Source: Clostridia bacterium
GTDB taxonomy: Bacteria > Bacillota > Clostridia > Oscillospirales > CAG-272
DNA length: 56,148 bases
Assembly: GCA_017504785.1 (NCBI GenBank)
Contig: JAFVQL010000081.1
Span: 1 to 56,148, forward strand
Direction: 5' to 3'
The notes under the pieces are model-generated. The model was not told where the DNA came from. It did no database searches and was given only the letters and a program-made list of their open reading frames with translations. The position numbers and the translations under genes are program-made. Shown in pieces: positions 31,426-41,729 of this stretch. Numbering within the stretch: position 1 is the stretch's first letter; each line of letters opens with the position of its first letter.

Positions 31426-33174
31426 GTGGATATACTTGCTCTTGTTTGCGGTCTTGCGCTGTTCCTTTACGGAATGGACACCATGGGTAACGCGCTGAAG
31501 AAAAGCGCGGGCTCGGGCCTGAAAGCGACGCTCGGAAAAATGACGGCGAGCCCCTGGCGCGGCTTTGCGCTCGGTCTCGGCGTGACGGCAATCATTCAAT
31601 CCTCCTCCGCCACCACGGTCATGGTGGTCGGCTTCGTGAACTCGGGAACGATGACGCTCTTTCAAGCGATCAGCGTGATCATGGGTGCGAACGTCGGTAC
31701 GGCGGTCACGGCGTGGATCACCGGTCTTTCCGGTATCGGAAGCGGCGCTCAGGCGGCGGTGGGCTTCCTCAATCTTCTGAAGCCTTCCTCTTGGATGCCC
31801 TTGGTGGCACTTGCCGGCATTGCTCTTATCATGTTTTCCAAGCGCAGCCGTAAAAAGGATATCGGAACGATCCTGATCGGCTTCTCGGTCTTGATGGTCG
31901 GCATGGATATGATGGGAGACGCCGTTGGCGGTCTGAAGGACAGCGCATCCTTCCAATCGATTCTCACGATGTTTGAAAATCCCATTCTCGGCGTGCTGGC
32001 AGGCCTTGTGCTGACGGCGATCGTGCAGTCCTCCTCGGCATCCATCGGTATTTTGCAGTCGCTCTCGACGACGGGTGCGATCACCTTCGGAACGGCGATC
32101 CCGATCATTCTCGGTCAGAATATCGGTACCTGCGTTACCGCAATGCTCTCCGCGATCAGCGCGAATAAAAACGGTAAGCGCGCGGCGGTTGCACATCTGT
32201 ACTTCAACGTCATCGGCGTTGTTTTCTGGCTTTCGGCCTTCTATATCGTGAACGCCTTTGCAAACTTTGCCTTCGCCAGCCAAACGATCGACATGTGGGG
32301 CATTGCCGCCGTGCATACGATCTTCAAGATCTTGGCCGTTGGCCTTCTGTTCCCGTTTGCAAAGTATCTTGAAAAGCTTGCAATTCTGACCGTTAAGGAT
32401 AAGGCGGACGACGATGCGCCCTCGAAGCTTCTCGATCCTCGCCTGATCGCAACGCCCGCCGTTGCCGTAGCGCGCGCCACCGAGGTGACCGCGACGATGG
32501 CAAATATCGCGTGCACCGCGCTTCGCAAGTCCATGAAGCTCATCTCTGCATACGATGCGGATGAAGCGGATCTTGTGCGCGATCTGGAGTCCAAGGCCGA
32601 TGTTTACGAGGACGAGCTTGGCTCGTATCTTGTGAAGGTGTCCGCCGAAGCTCTGGCCGATGCGGATAACCTTCAGCTGACCAAGCTCTTGCATATCATC
32701 GGAGATTTCGAGCGCATTTCCGATCACGCGGTGAACATCGTGGAATCCGCAGAGGAGATCCGCGCGAAAAAGCTTGCGTTCTCGCAGGAGGCAACCCGCG
32801 AGCTGACCGTCATGACGGCGGCGATCGAGGAGATCCTCGATATCAGCGAGCGTGCATTCTGTGAAAACGATCTTGCCGTTGCATCCAAGATCGAGCCTCT
32901 GGAGCAGGTTGTGGATGCGCTGAAGGATCAGATCAAGTCTAACCATATCAAGCGTTTGCAGAAGAGCGAATGCTCCATCGAGCACGGCTTCGTGCTTTCG
33001 GATCTTCTCAATAACTTTGAGCGCGTTTCGGATCACTGCTCCAACGTGGGTGGCTGCATCATCGAGCTTGCACACGATGCGCTCGATCTGCATAAGTACC
33101 TCTCCGAGGTCAAGGTTGGCGGTGCCGCATTCAAGCGTGATTTCGAAGCGTTTGAAAAGAAATACGCCCTGTGA
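31426..33174 (+). CDS. Na+/Pi cotransporter family protein with C-terminal PhoU domains
   Basis: Two QSSSA repeats with GANVGT / GQNIGT; ERISDHA and ERVSDHC PhoU-type motifs. Confidence 0.95.
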   Translation: MDILALVCGLALFLYGMDTMGNALKKSAGSGLKATLGKMTASPWRGFALGLGVTAIIQSSSATTVMVVGFVNSGTMTLFQAISVIMGANVGTAVTAWITGLSGIGSGAQAAVGFLNLLKPSSWMPLVALAGIALIMFSKRSRKKDIGTILIGFSVLMVGMDMMGDAVGGLKDSASFQSILTMFENPILGVLAGLVLTAIVQSSSASIGILQSLSTTGAITFGTAIPIILGQNIGTCVTAMLSAISANKNGKRAAVAHLYFNVIGVVFWLSAFYIVNAFANFAFASQTIDMWGIAAVHTIFKILAVGLLFPFAKYLEKLAILTVKDKADDDAPSKLLDPRLIATPAVAVARATEVTATMANIACTALRKSMKLISAYDADEADLVRDLESKADVYEDELGSYLVKVSAEALADADNLQLTKLLHIIGDFERISDHAVNIVESAEEIRAKKLAFSQEATRELTVMTAAIEEILDISERAFCENDLAVASKIEPLEQVVDALKDQIKSNHIKRLQKSECSIEHGFVLSDLLNNFERVSDHCSNVGGCIIELAHDALDLHKYLSEVKVGGAAFKRDFEAFEKKYAL

Positions 33175-33347
33175 AAGAGAATTTTTTAAAAACGTATGCG
33201 CTGTGCCGAAAACGGGTGCGGCGCATACTTCTTTTTCTGATATTCGGTTGCATAATGAAGAAATATCTGTTATAATCAAGATAGATACTTTCGGCGCGCC
33301 TTTCCCTGTCCCCGCGCGCGGCGAAGTAAGCTTTCTCGGAGGAAAAA

Positions 33348-34148
33348 ATGAGTACAAAAAAATGCGTTCTGATCACGGGGGCGAGCGGCGGCATGGGGCA
33401 GAGGTGCGCCCGTCTGCTCTGCGAAAGCGGCTATCGCGTGTTTGCCTTGGATCTAAAGCCCTGTGAGGACCTCGACGGCGTTACCTTTATTGAGGCGGAC
33501 GTCACGCGCGAGGAAAGTCTCTGTGCGGCGGTCGAAAGGATACGGGAGCAGACCGATTCTCTCTACGCCGTTTTGCATTTCGCGGGCATTTATATGCTGG
33601 ATTCTCTGGTGGAGATGGATGCGAGCGCATTCCGCCGCATTTTGGACGTTAATTTCACGGGCGTTTTCCTTTTAAATAAGCTCGTTTTGCCCATGCTGCA
33701 AAAGGGAAGCCGCATTTTGATCACAACGAGCGAGCTTGCGCCGCTCGATCCCTTGCCCTTCACGGGGATCTACGCCGTGACCAAGGCGGCTCTGGATAAA
33801 TACGCTTATTCGCTCGCGATGGAGCTGCAGCTGCTCGGCATCCGCGTTTCGGTGCTTCGTGCCGGTGCGGTGGAAACGGGAATGCTCGGTGCTTCCACCG
33901 CCGCGCTCGACCGCTTCTGCGAGAAAACAAAGACCTATACCTTCGGGGCGCAAAAATTCCGCACGGTCGTCAATCGCGTGGAGGCAAGATGCATTCCGCC
34001 CGAGCGCATTGCGAAAAAGGCGAAGGGGATCATCGAAAAAGGATCGCCGCGCTTTGCCTATGCGATCAACCGAAATCCTCTGCTTTTGCTTTTGAACGCT
34101 TTGCCGAAGCGACTGCAGCTTTTTGCTATCCGCCATATTTTGAAATGA
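33348..34148 (+). CDS. Short-chain dehydrogenase/reductase (SDR)
   Basis: ITGASGGMG and catalytic YAVTK. Confidence 0.9.
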   Translation: MSTKKCVLITGASGGMGQRCARLLCESGYRVFALDLKPCEDLDGVTFIEADVTREESLCAAVERIREQTDSLYAVLHFAGIYMLDSLVEMDASAFRRILDVNFTGVFLLNKLVLPMLQKGSRILITTSELAPLDPLPFTGIYAVTKAALDKYAYSLAMELQLLGIRVSVLRAGAVETGMLGASTAALDRFCEKTKTYTFGAQKFRTVVNRVEARCIPPERIAKKAKGIIEKGSPRFAYAINRNPLLLLLNALPKRLQLFAIRHILK

Positions 34149-34526
34149 TTCAAAAAATAAAAGAAAACAAAACTTTACAAAAGGGGAGTTATAAAACAAG
34201 TATTGCCCCGGCGTAAGATGATACGCTGTTGTCCGTCGGATATTGCGAAGGGACTTTTGACGGCAGGATAGGAAACGATCTCCTGTATTTCTTAAAGCCG
34301 ACCGCCAAGAGCGGCATTTTGCAGCGGCTCTGCCCAAAAAACCAATCGGCTTTATCACGGTTATGGCACTTCTCACGACCTTTCGTAAGGCCGTGGATGC
34401 GAACACCGCCCCGTGGGTGGCAAATCTTTCAGCCCGACCTTTTTCCCACGCGCCCATGACTTGTCGGGCGGTATGTGAAAAGAGAGAAAAAACGCCTTTT
34501 ATCGGAATCGAAATCGGCAGAATATA

Positions 34527-34555
34527 TTGACAAAGCGTGTCGAAAAGGGTATAAT
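34527..34555 (+). promoter_or_regulatory. Consensus sigma-A promoter of xpt
   Basis: TTGACA-17 nt-TATAAT. Confidence 0.8.
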
Positions 34556-34588
34556 ATTTTTATCAATTTGAAGTGTGGGGTGTAAGGT

Positions 34589-35173
34589 GTGAATTTTTTG
34601 GAAGAGCGCATTTTGAAGGACGGTATCGTAAAGGAAGGAAACGTTTTGAAGGTGGATAGCTTTTTGAACCACCAGATGGACGTTGCGCTGCTCGATGCGA
34701 TCGGCGAGGAATTTCACCGCCGCTTTGCGGATACAGAAGTGACGAAGGTGCTCACCATTGAGGCCTCGGGCATTGCGATCGCGTACGCTGCCGCGCGTTG
34801 CTTCGGTGTGCCGATGGTGTTTGCCAAGAAAGCGAAGAGCATCAATATCGACGGCGATATGTATAGTGCCGAGGTGGAGTCCTTCACGCACAAGAATAAG
34901 AATCAGGTCATCGTTTCAAAGAAGTTCCTTTCGGCTGACGATAAGGTGTTGATCGTGGATGACTTTTTGGCAAACGGATGCGCCTTGCAGGGCTTGATCT
35001 CGATCACGGAGGCGGCAGGCGCGCGCGTTGCGGGCATCGGCATTGCGATCGAAAAGGGCTTCCAGTTTGGCGGCAGAAGCATCCGCAATCTCGGCTATCG
35101 CCTTGAGTCGCTGGCGATCGTGGAAGCGATGGATGCCGAGAAGAAAACGATCGTTTTCCGCGAGCAGAAATAA
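34589..35173 (+). CDS. xpt: Xanthine phosphoribosyltransferase
   Basis: [38 protein letters not shown]. Confidence 0.96.
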   Translation: MNFLEERILKDGIVKEGNVLKVDSFLNHQMDVALLDAIGEEFHRRFADTEVTKVLTIEASGIAIAYAAARCFGVPMVFAKKAKSINIDGDMYSAEVESFTHKNKNQVIVSKKFLSADDKVLIVDDFLANGCALQGLISITEAAGARVAGIGIAIEKGFQFGGRSIRNLGYRLESLAIVEAMDAEKKTIVFREQK

Positions 35174-35226
35174 CGGAGCTTTTGAATAAGAAAAATCCTC
35201 TGTTTTATTCATTCATAAATCAAAAT

Positions 35227-35273
35227 AAAGAACAGCAAAGGACCGAAAAATCACGTCCTTTGCTGTTCTTTTT
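35227..35273. terminator. Probable bidirectional intrinsic terminator between xpt and the ABC operon
   Basis: aaagaacagcaaaggac-11 nt-gtcctttgctgttcttt, between convergent genes. Confidence 0.8.
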
Positions 35274-35303
35274 GCAAACAATGATTTGCTATGATCGGAT
35301 TTT

Positions 35304-36254
35304 TTATCTTTCCTCTCGGAAATACGAAAGTCCGAGCGATGCGGGCGGCTGATTCTCGCGCTTCTTTCCGATGCTCGTGATGATCAAAACGACGATCGTT
35401 ACAAGATAGGGAAGCATCTGCAGAAGCGGCGTTGCGCTCATGCCGAGGTTGATGCCGAGCAGGGTGGGAATGCGCGTGCCCGCGAGGTAGAGAAGACCGA
35501 AGATGATCGAGCCGATGATGCTGATCTGCGGTCTCCACAGCGTGAAGATAACCAGCGCCACCGAGAGCCAGCCGAGTGCTTCGATGGTCTTATAAGCCTC
35601 CATCGAGCCCATATAGTCCATGATGTAGTAAAGTCCGCCGAGTGCCGCCACCGCACTTCCGATGCAGGTCGCGCCGTATTTATACGCGGTCACGTTGATG
35701 CCGACGGCATCCGCCGTTGCGGGATTCTCGCCCACGGCGCGCAGATGAAGGCCTACTCTCGTGCGCGTCAGCACGTAAGCCGAGGCCAAAGCAATGCCGA
35801 TCGCAAGATACATCATAATGCCCCAATATTTAAGGCCTGTGTCTGCGGATGCGAAGGGGGCACGGAAGTATTTGAGCGCGTAGAGATAGTTTCTCGTTGC
35901 GTTGATCGCCATACCGTTCATAACGTATTTCGTTACGCCGACGCCAAAGGTCGTCATCGCAAGACCGGTCACGTTCTGGTTGGCCTTGAGGGTAACGGTC
36001 AGGAAGCTATAGATCGCGCCCATCAGCGCGCCGCCGAGAATTGCGGCGATGATCGCGATGATAACCGCCAAAAAGCCGGGAAGATCGTAGCATGCCTTCA
36101 GGGCAAGACAGCCCGAAGCGCCGCCGATACACATGATACCGGGGATTCCGAGGTTCAGATGCCCCGCCTTTTCGGTGAGGATCTCACCCGTGCAGCCGAG
36201 AAGGAAGGTCATGCCGATGGCGACGGAGGTCAAAATATAGTCGAGAAGCATCAT
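35304..36254 (-). CDS. Nucleoside/purine ABC transporter permease (NupC-like)
   Basis: GEILTEKAGHLNLG, ANQNVTGLA, LRAVGENPATADAVG, MLPY. Confidence 0.92.
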   Translation of the reverse strand: MMLLDYILTSVAIGMTFLLGCTGEILTEKAGHLNLGIPGIMCIGGASGCLALKACYDLPGFLAVIIAIIAAILGGALMGAIYSFLTVTLKANQNVTGLAMTTFGVGVTKYVMNGMAINATRNYLYALKYFRAPFASADTGLKYWGIMMYLAIGIALASAYVLTRTRVGLHLRAVGENPATADAVGINVTAYKYGATCIGSAVAALGGLYYIMDYMGSMEAYKTIEALGWLSVALVIFTLWRPQISIIGSIIFGLLYLAGTRIPTLLGINLGMSATPLLQMLPYLVTIVVLIITSIGKKRENQPPASLGLSYFREER

Positions 36255-37387
36255 TATGCGTTACCTCCTTCGCTTTCGGATTTTTCCGATTTTATGGGAG
36301 CGGGGATCGCCGCTTCCTCGCGCGTCTTGAATTTCAACTGATAATGAATAAAGAATTCGCAGCCGATGATAAAGAAGAGAACGATGCCGACCACCATGTC
36401 GGGGAAGGCAGAGTCTACGTTGAAGGTAGAGGTGACCTGTGCCGCGCCTTGATCAAGGAAGGTGATAAAGGCGGACGTTCCGATCATGATGAGGGGATTG
36501 AATTTTGCAAGCCAGGAAACCATGATGGCAGTGAAGCCCATACCGCCCACCGAGGTAACGGCAACGGAATGGTCCAGCGCGCCGACGATCAAGAAGCCTG
36601 CAAAGCCGCAGATCGCGCCCGAAATGAGCATCGTGCGGATAATGACCTTTTTGACGTTGATGCCGATATAGTTTGCGGTGTTCTCGGATTCGCCGACGAC
36701 CGAGATCTCATAGCCCTGCTTGGTGTACTTCTGATAGACGTAAACGGCGGCGGTGAGAAGGAGCACGAGAAGGATCAGAAGGAGATATTCATGCCCTAAA
36801 ATCGGCAGATGTCCCTGATCGAGTCTTCCGAGCACGCTGGAGCCGCTGGGCGTCCAAAGGAGCAGATAATAGGAAACAAGACCGGTGGCAACGTAGTTCA
36901 TCATCAGGGTGAAAAGGGTCTCATTCGTGCCCCAGATCGCCTTGAACACGGCGGGAATACCGCCCCAGACCGCACCGACGAGGATCGCCGCCAAAAACAT
37001 CAAAACAAGCAAAAGCCAGTTGGGAAGTCCCTTTCCGTGGATAACCACGGCAACCGCCGCAAGCGCGCCGATCAGCGTTTGTCCCTCCGCGCCGATGTTC
37101 CAAAAGCGCATTTTGAAGGCGGGCGTGATCGCGAGTGCGATGCAAAGCAGAACGCAGGCATCCTTGGCGAATTTCCAAATGCGGCGGCTCGAGCCGAACG
37201 CGCCGTCAAACATCGTGACGATGAATTTAAAGGGGTTTGCATCGATCATGAGAAGCGAGAGGATCGAGCAAAGAAGAAGCGCCGCCACCACGGCGATCAC
37301 GCGAAAGAGCATCGATTTCCAAACGGGAATCGTGCTTCGCTTCACCACGTGGAAGGGAAGCTCGAATTTTTTAGCGTTTTCCTTCAC
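36254..37387 (-). CDS. Nucleoside/purine ABC transporter permease (NupB-like)
   Basis: WNIGAEGQ, NETLFTLMMNY, GMGFTAIMVSWL; GTG start. Confidence 0.92.
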   Translation of the reverse strand: MKENAKKFELPFHVVKRSTIPVWKSMLFRVIAVVAALLLCSILSLLMIDANPFKFIVTMFDGAFGSSRRIWKFAKDACVLLCIALAITPAFKMRFWNIGAEGQTLIGALAAVAVVIHGKGLPNWLLLVLMFLAAILVGAVWGGIPAVFKAIWGTNETLFTLMMNYVATGLVSYYLLLWTPSGSSVLGRLDQGHLPILGHEYLLLILLVLLLTAAVYVYQKYTKQGYEISVVGESENTANYIGINVKKVIIRTMLISGAICGFAGFLIVGALDHSVAVTSVGGMGFTAIMVSWLAKFNPLIMIGTSAFITFLDQGAAQVTSTFNVDSAFPDMVVGIVLFFIIGCEFFIHYQLKFKTREEAAIPAPIKSEKSESEGGNA

Positions 37388-37390
37388 CTT

Positions 37391-39094
37391 TTAAGCCTCC
37401 TTTTTAACGTCGGAGTCGGTTTTCGTCATCAAAAGACCGACCTCCTCTTTCGTGACGGTCCTGCCGTCCACGATGCCGGTGATCTTTCCGGCGCAGATGA
37501 CCATGATCCTGTCACAAAGCTCCAGCAGTACGTCCAGATCCTCGCCGACGAAAACGACCGCAACGCCGTTTTTCTTCTGCTCGGTGAGAAGATTGTAGAT
37601 CGTATAGGACGAGTTGATATCCAAGCCTCTGACGGGGTAAGCCGCCATCAGCACGACAGGTGCCGCCGCGATCTCTCTTCCGACCAGCACCTTCTGCACG
37701 TTACCGCCCGAAAGACGGCGCACGGCGGTGTGGGTATTCGGTGTAGCGACCTCAAGCTCCTTCACGATCCTGTCTGCCAGATCGCTCGGCTTCTTTCGGT
37801 CCACGAATACGGAGCTACCCTTGCGGTAGCTGCGGAGCATCATGTTGTCCACGATATCCATGTTGCCGACAAGACCCATGCCGAGTCTATCCTCGGGAAC
37901 GAAGGAAAGGCGAACGCCGACCTCGCGGATCTGCAGAGGCGTTTTGTCGCGCAGGTTCATCACGTCGTCCTCGTTGAAAAGCACCTTTCCGGCGTTCACG
38001 AGCGCGCGGATCTCGGCGTTTGTCTTGCCCGTAAAGTCTACGGCAGAGCCGTCCTCGTAATGGAATTTGCCCTCGGCGGCAAGCGCCTTGACGTCGGCGA
38101 GGGACTTATGGTAAAAGGAAACGGGCAGGTTTTTCTTCGGGCGGTTGAAAACGATCTCGCCGCAATCGAGCGGATTGAGGCCCGCAATGGACTCCAAAAG
38201 CTCGCGTTGGCCCGAGCCTGCGATGCCCGCGATACCGAGGATCTCTCCCGAGCGGGCGGTGAAGCTTATGTTATCGAGCACCTTGATGCCGTCAAGATTT
38301 GTCATGGAGAGGTTTTTCACTATGAGTCTGTCCTGCACGTTTTCGGGCGCGGGGCGGTCGATATTCAGCTCGACCTTTCTGCCGACCATCATTTCGGTCA
38401 GCGCCTCGGCGGTGGTTTCTGCGGTGTTCACCGTGCCGATATGCTCGCCCTTGCGAAGCACGGCCACGCGGTCGGAGATCGAAAGCACCTCGTGCAGCTT
38501 ATGCGTGATGATAATGATGGATTTTCCGTCCTCGCGCATCTTGCGAAGCACGTCGAAAAGACGGTCGGTCTCCTGCGGAGTAAGAACGGCGGACGGCTCG
38601 TCCAGGATCAGGATATCGGCACCTCTGTAAAGCACCTTGATGATCTCAACGGTCTGCTTCTCGGAAACCGACATATCGTAGATCTTCTTATCGGGATCGA
38701 TATGGAAGCCGTATCTGTCCGCGATCGCACGCACCTCGGCGGAAACCTTGCTGATATTATACTTCTCGCCGCTATGATTGCCGAGGATAATATTTTCGGC
38801 GGCGGTGAAAAGGTCCACCAGCTTGAAGTGCTGATGGATCATGCCGATGCCGTAGGAAAAGGCATCCGCAGGGGAGTGAATGCTCGCTTCCTTCCCGTCG
38901 ATAAAGATGCTGCCCGCATCGGGATAATAGATGCCGGCGATCATATTCATCAGCGTGGTCTTGCCGCAACCGTTTTCGCCAAGAACGGCGAGGATCTCGC
39001 CGCGGTAAACCTCGAGATCCACGTTTTTGTTGGCGATGACGCTGCCGAAGGTTTTTGTTACGCCCTTCATTTCGATGGCAATCTGCTTATTCAT
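37391..39094 (-). CDS. Nucleoside ABC transporter ATPase with two nucleotide-binding domains (NupA-like)
   Basis: GENGCGKTT, ILDEPSAVL, ITHKL, VPEDR, LSGGNVQK. Confidence 0.93.
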   Translation of the reverse strand: MNKQIAIEMKGVTKTFGSVIANKNVDLEVYRGEILAVLGENGCGKTTLMNMIAGIYYPDAGSIFIDGKEASIHSPADAFSYGIGMIHQHFKLVDLFTAAENIILGNHSGEKYNISKVSAEVRAIADRYGFHIDPDKKIYDMSVSEKQTVEIIKVLYRGADILILDEPSAVLTPQETDRLFDVLRKMREDGKSIIIITHKLHEVLSISDRVAVLRKGEHIGTVNTAETTAEALTEMMVGRKVELNIDRPAPENVQDRLIVKNLSMTNLDGIKVLDNISFTARSGEILGIAGIAGSGQRELLESIAGLNPLDCGEIVFNRPKKNLPVSFYHKSLADVKALAAEGKFHYEDGSAVDFTGKTNAEIRALVNAGKVLFNEDDVMNLRDKTPLQIREVGVRLSFVPEDRLGMGLVGNMDIVDNMMLRSYRKGSSVFVDRKKPSDLADRIVKELEVATPNTHTAVRRLSGGNVQKVLVGREIAAAPVVLMAAYPVRGLDINSSYTIYNLLTEQKKNGVAVVFVGEDLDVLLELCDRIMVICAGKITGIVDGRTVTKEEVGLLMTKTDSDVKKEA

Positions 39095-39247
39095 CCAAAT
39101 TCCTCCGTGAAAAGAAATCTTCTACAAAATTCAAGGAAGCGACTTGAGAAAATTCCTCGAGCCGCTTGCTTGTGTCTTGTAGACCAAAAAATTTAAGAAA
39201 CAAGCGGGGCGGCGCCCCGCTTGCTCGCTTTTTTTAGAAGATCAAGA

Positions 39248-40516
39248 TCAGAACTTCTCGTTCAGAAGCTTGATGCCGTCGATTCTCAGATCGAAGTAAG
39301 GAGCGGATCTGAACTTGGACTCCTCGAATGCGCCGTTCTCAACAACGTCGGTATCTGCTACGTAATCACCGAAATCGTCTACGTCAGCCTTGTGATCGTC
39401 AGCGATCTTGTTGCCGCCAACGGTGAAGGTGTCGGTGTCAAATACTTCGATTTCGCCGTTCTTCAGCTTTGCAGCAATCTCCTGGATCTTCTCGAAGGTG
39501 CCCTCTGCGGCAGCGGTCTTGTTGATGCCGGTCAGAACAACGGAGCCGGTAGCAACCGTTCCGGTCCAGTCGGTATCGATCTCTGCACCGCTGCAAACCT
39601 GCTTAATGATATACAGGTAGTAGGGAGCCCAGTCGATTCTGGAGGAAACGATGAAGGTTGCGGGGCAAGCCTCTTCGGTCGAGCCGTTATAGGAAACGTT
39701 CGGAACGCCCTTCTCCTCGCAAACGGTGGGAGCACCCATGGAGTCTGCGTGCTGAGAAATAAGAACGCACTTATTGTTGATAAGAGCGGTAGCGGCTTCC
39801 TTTTCCTTGATCTCATCGTACCAAGAGCCGGTGAACTGTACCTCCATGGTTACGCTGGGGCAAACGGACTTTGCGCCAAGGAAGAAGGAGGTGTAGCCGG
39901 AGATAACCTCTGCGTAGGTGAATGCACCAACGTAGCCGATCTTTGCCTCTTCAGCGGTGATCTTGCCGTCAGCGATCATCTCGTTGAGCTTGAGACCTGC
40001 GGCAACGCCTGCAAGGAATCTGCCCTCGTAGATGGAAGCAAATGCATTGTGGAAGTTAGCAACGTTTTCGGTGTGAGCCTTAGTACCGGTCGCGTGGCAG
40101 AACTGAACCTCGGGGTGCTTCTTTGCGGATGCAAGAAGGAAGGACTCGTGACCGAAGGAGTTAGCGAATACGATCTTGCAGCCAAGGTCCACAAGGTCAT
40201 CGGCAGCCTCGGTGCAAGCCGCAGACTCGGGGATGTTCTTCTTGTAGATGACCTGGTCGTTGGTAAGACCGAGAACGGTCTTGATCTTCTCAACGCCGTT
40301 GATGAAGTTGAGGTCATAGGTGGAAGCCTCGTCGTGCAGGCAGATAATGCCGATCTTGAAATCAGCGGGAACGTCGAAATCCTTCTTGAGCTCCACTGCT
40401 GCGAGAGGTGCCCCGGTCATGTCAGCAACCGCCTTTTTGCCGCAGGACGTAAAGGACACTGCGAGTGCGCTGACCATTACCAATGCGAGAACAAGGGACA
40501 AAACTTTCTTGAACAT
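39248..40516 (-). CDS. BMP-family ABC substrate-binding lipoprotein
   Basis: Lipobox FTSC; SFG, YEGRFLAGVAAG, TGSWYD, ISQHADS. Confidence 0.92.
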   Translation of the reverse strand: MFKKVLSLVLALVMVSALAVSFTSCGKKAVADMTGAPLAAVELKKDFDVPADFKIGIICLHDEASTYDLNFINGVEKIKTVLGLTNDQVIYKKNIPESAACTEAADDLVDLGCKIVFANSFGHESFLLASAKKHPEVQFCHATGTKAHTENVANFHNAFASIYEGRFLAGVAAGLKLNEMIADGKITAEEAKIGYVGAFTYAEVISGYTSFFLGAKSVCPSVTMEVQFTGSWYDEIKEKEAATALINNKCVLISQHADSMGAPTVCEEKGVPNVSYNGSTEEACPATFIVSSRIDWAPYYLYIIKQVCSGAEIDTDWTGTVATGSVVLTGINKTAAAEGTFEKIQEIAAKLKNGEIEVFDTDTFTVGGNKIADDHKADVDDFGDYVADTDVVENGAFEESKFRSAPYFDLRIDGIKLLNEKF

Positions 40517-40642
40517 TTTAGTGTTCCTCCTTAAAATTTTTGACGTCCGCGGCGAAAGAGTCGCAGGCGCGTTTTATTTATAAAAGCCGAGGCTTTTACA
40601 AACCGAAATGAGGGGGTTCGACAAAGGATCCTAACAAGACTT

Positions 40643-40671
40643 ATTTTAGCACACGATCGCATGTTTGTCAA
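40643..40671 (-). promoter_or_regulatory. Sigma-A promoter of the nucleoside ABC operon
   Basis: Minus strand TTGACA-17 nt-TAAAAT with extended TG. Confidence 0.7.
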
Positions 40672-41023
40672 CAAAATAAATTATATTTCTTTATTTTTGT
40701 TTGGCAGTTATAAGGCGGGGGAGAGGGAACTGCGATCTCCCCACCCGAGGGAGCCGCGAAGCGACGGGGGAGAGAGAACCGCGATCAATTTTTTATTGAG
40801 ATCCTTCATCGGATCGCACGTGACGAAAGGTGCTTTCCCTTTTTTTGTGCGCGGTGGCGTTCTCGGAAAAACGTCTATAAAAAGGGTATCACGGATATCA
40901 TAAGGAATGATACTTCAATCGATAAAAACGAATAATTTTGTAAATAAAACATTTCATTTTGCACTGTTTTTGAAAAACGGAGTTGAAAACTTTAAAAATG
41001 CGAAAGCGATTTTAAGGCTGTAA

Positions 41024-41060
41024 AAATAAAAAGCACTGATGGAGCATTCCATCGGTGCTT
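41024..41060 (-). terminator. Intrinsic terminator after the 41064-41588 gene
   Basis: Minus strand aagcaccgatgga-atgc-tccatcagtgctt followed by a T-rich run. Confidence 0.7.
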
Positions 41061-41063
41061 TGC

Positions 41064-41588
41064 TTATATCCCGTACGCGCCTGTCAAGGGGTCGAGAAAA
41101 AGGGGTATTTTCGGGGTGCGGAAGGTGAAGAGAACGAAAAGAAGGGCAATGATGCAAAGCACCGAGATCGCTGCCTTGGGAGAGCGGCAACGCAGCTTCT
41201 CCATATAGAAGAGGTGCGTTTCGTATAGGTATGCAATTGCCGCGCAAATAAAGAAGATCGCGATATTGATAAAATCGGGAGATCTGCCGAACGCGCCGTT
41301 GTACGTGTAGAAAAGCACGGGGATCAGTATCAGCCCCGAGAGAATGCCGCGCAGCTTCACGCACCAAAAATCCTTCCTTTCGCGAAGGAAAAAGCTTTGC
41401 ACGATCGCAAAAATAAGCATCGGCCAAAAGAGCAGCTTCATGTGCTCCCAGGTGGATTCGTTCACGCCGGAAAACGGCGCCGCCCATAACGCCTCGCCCG
41501 AAAAATCGTAAAGAAAATGCAAAAGCGTGCCGAGAAGTGACGTCACGGCAAAGCCGACGAGCTGCCAAAGTCCAATCGTTCGTTTCAT
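41064..41588 (-). CDS. Membrane protein, DUF6512-like
   Basis: GTLLHFLY, VNESTWEHMKL, IPVLFYTY.G; about five hydrophobic segments. Confidence 0.75.
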   Translation of the reverse strand: MKRTIGLWQLVGFAVTSLLGTLLHFLYDFSGEALWAAPFSGVNESTWEHMKLLFWPMLIFAIVQSFFLRERKDFWCVKLRGILSGLILIPVLFYTYNGAFGRSPDFINIAIFFICAAIAYLYETHLFYMEKLRCRSPKAAISVLCIIALLFVLFTFRTPKIPLFLDPLTGAYGI

Positions 41589-41660
41589 AAAGATCCCCCG
41601 TCAAAGCGTTCTTATCCAAAGTATATTCGCAAGGATCGCGCTTTATACCGCAAAACGAAA

Positions 41661-41689
41661 TTGACAAACCGAAAGAAATAGGATATAAT
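41661..41689 (+). promoter_or_regulatory. Consensus sigma-A promoter of the nitroreductase gene
   Basis: TTGACA-17 nt-TATAAT. Confidence 0.75.
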
Positions 41690-41729
41690 AAGGTTATAAT
41701 AAGGTAAAAAGAAAAAAGGGGTAACGGAT

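Noticed and set aside
34480-34588. Purine riboswitch upstream of xpt
   Set aside because: The consensus promoter leaves only about 30 nt of leader, and no purine aptamer core is visible.
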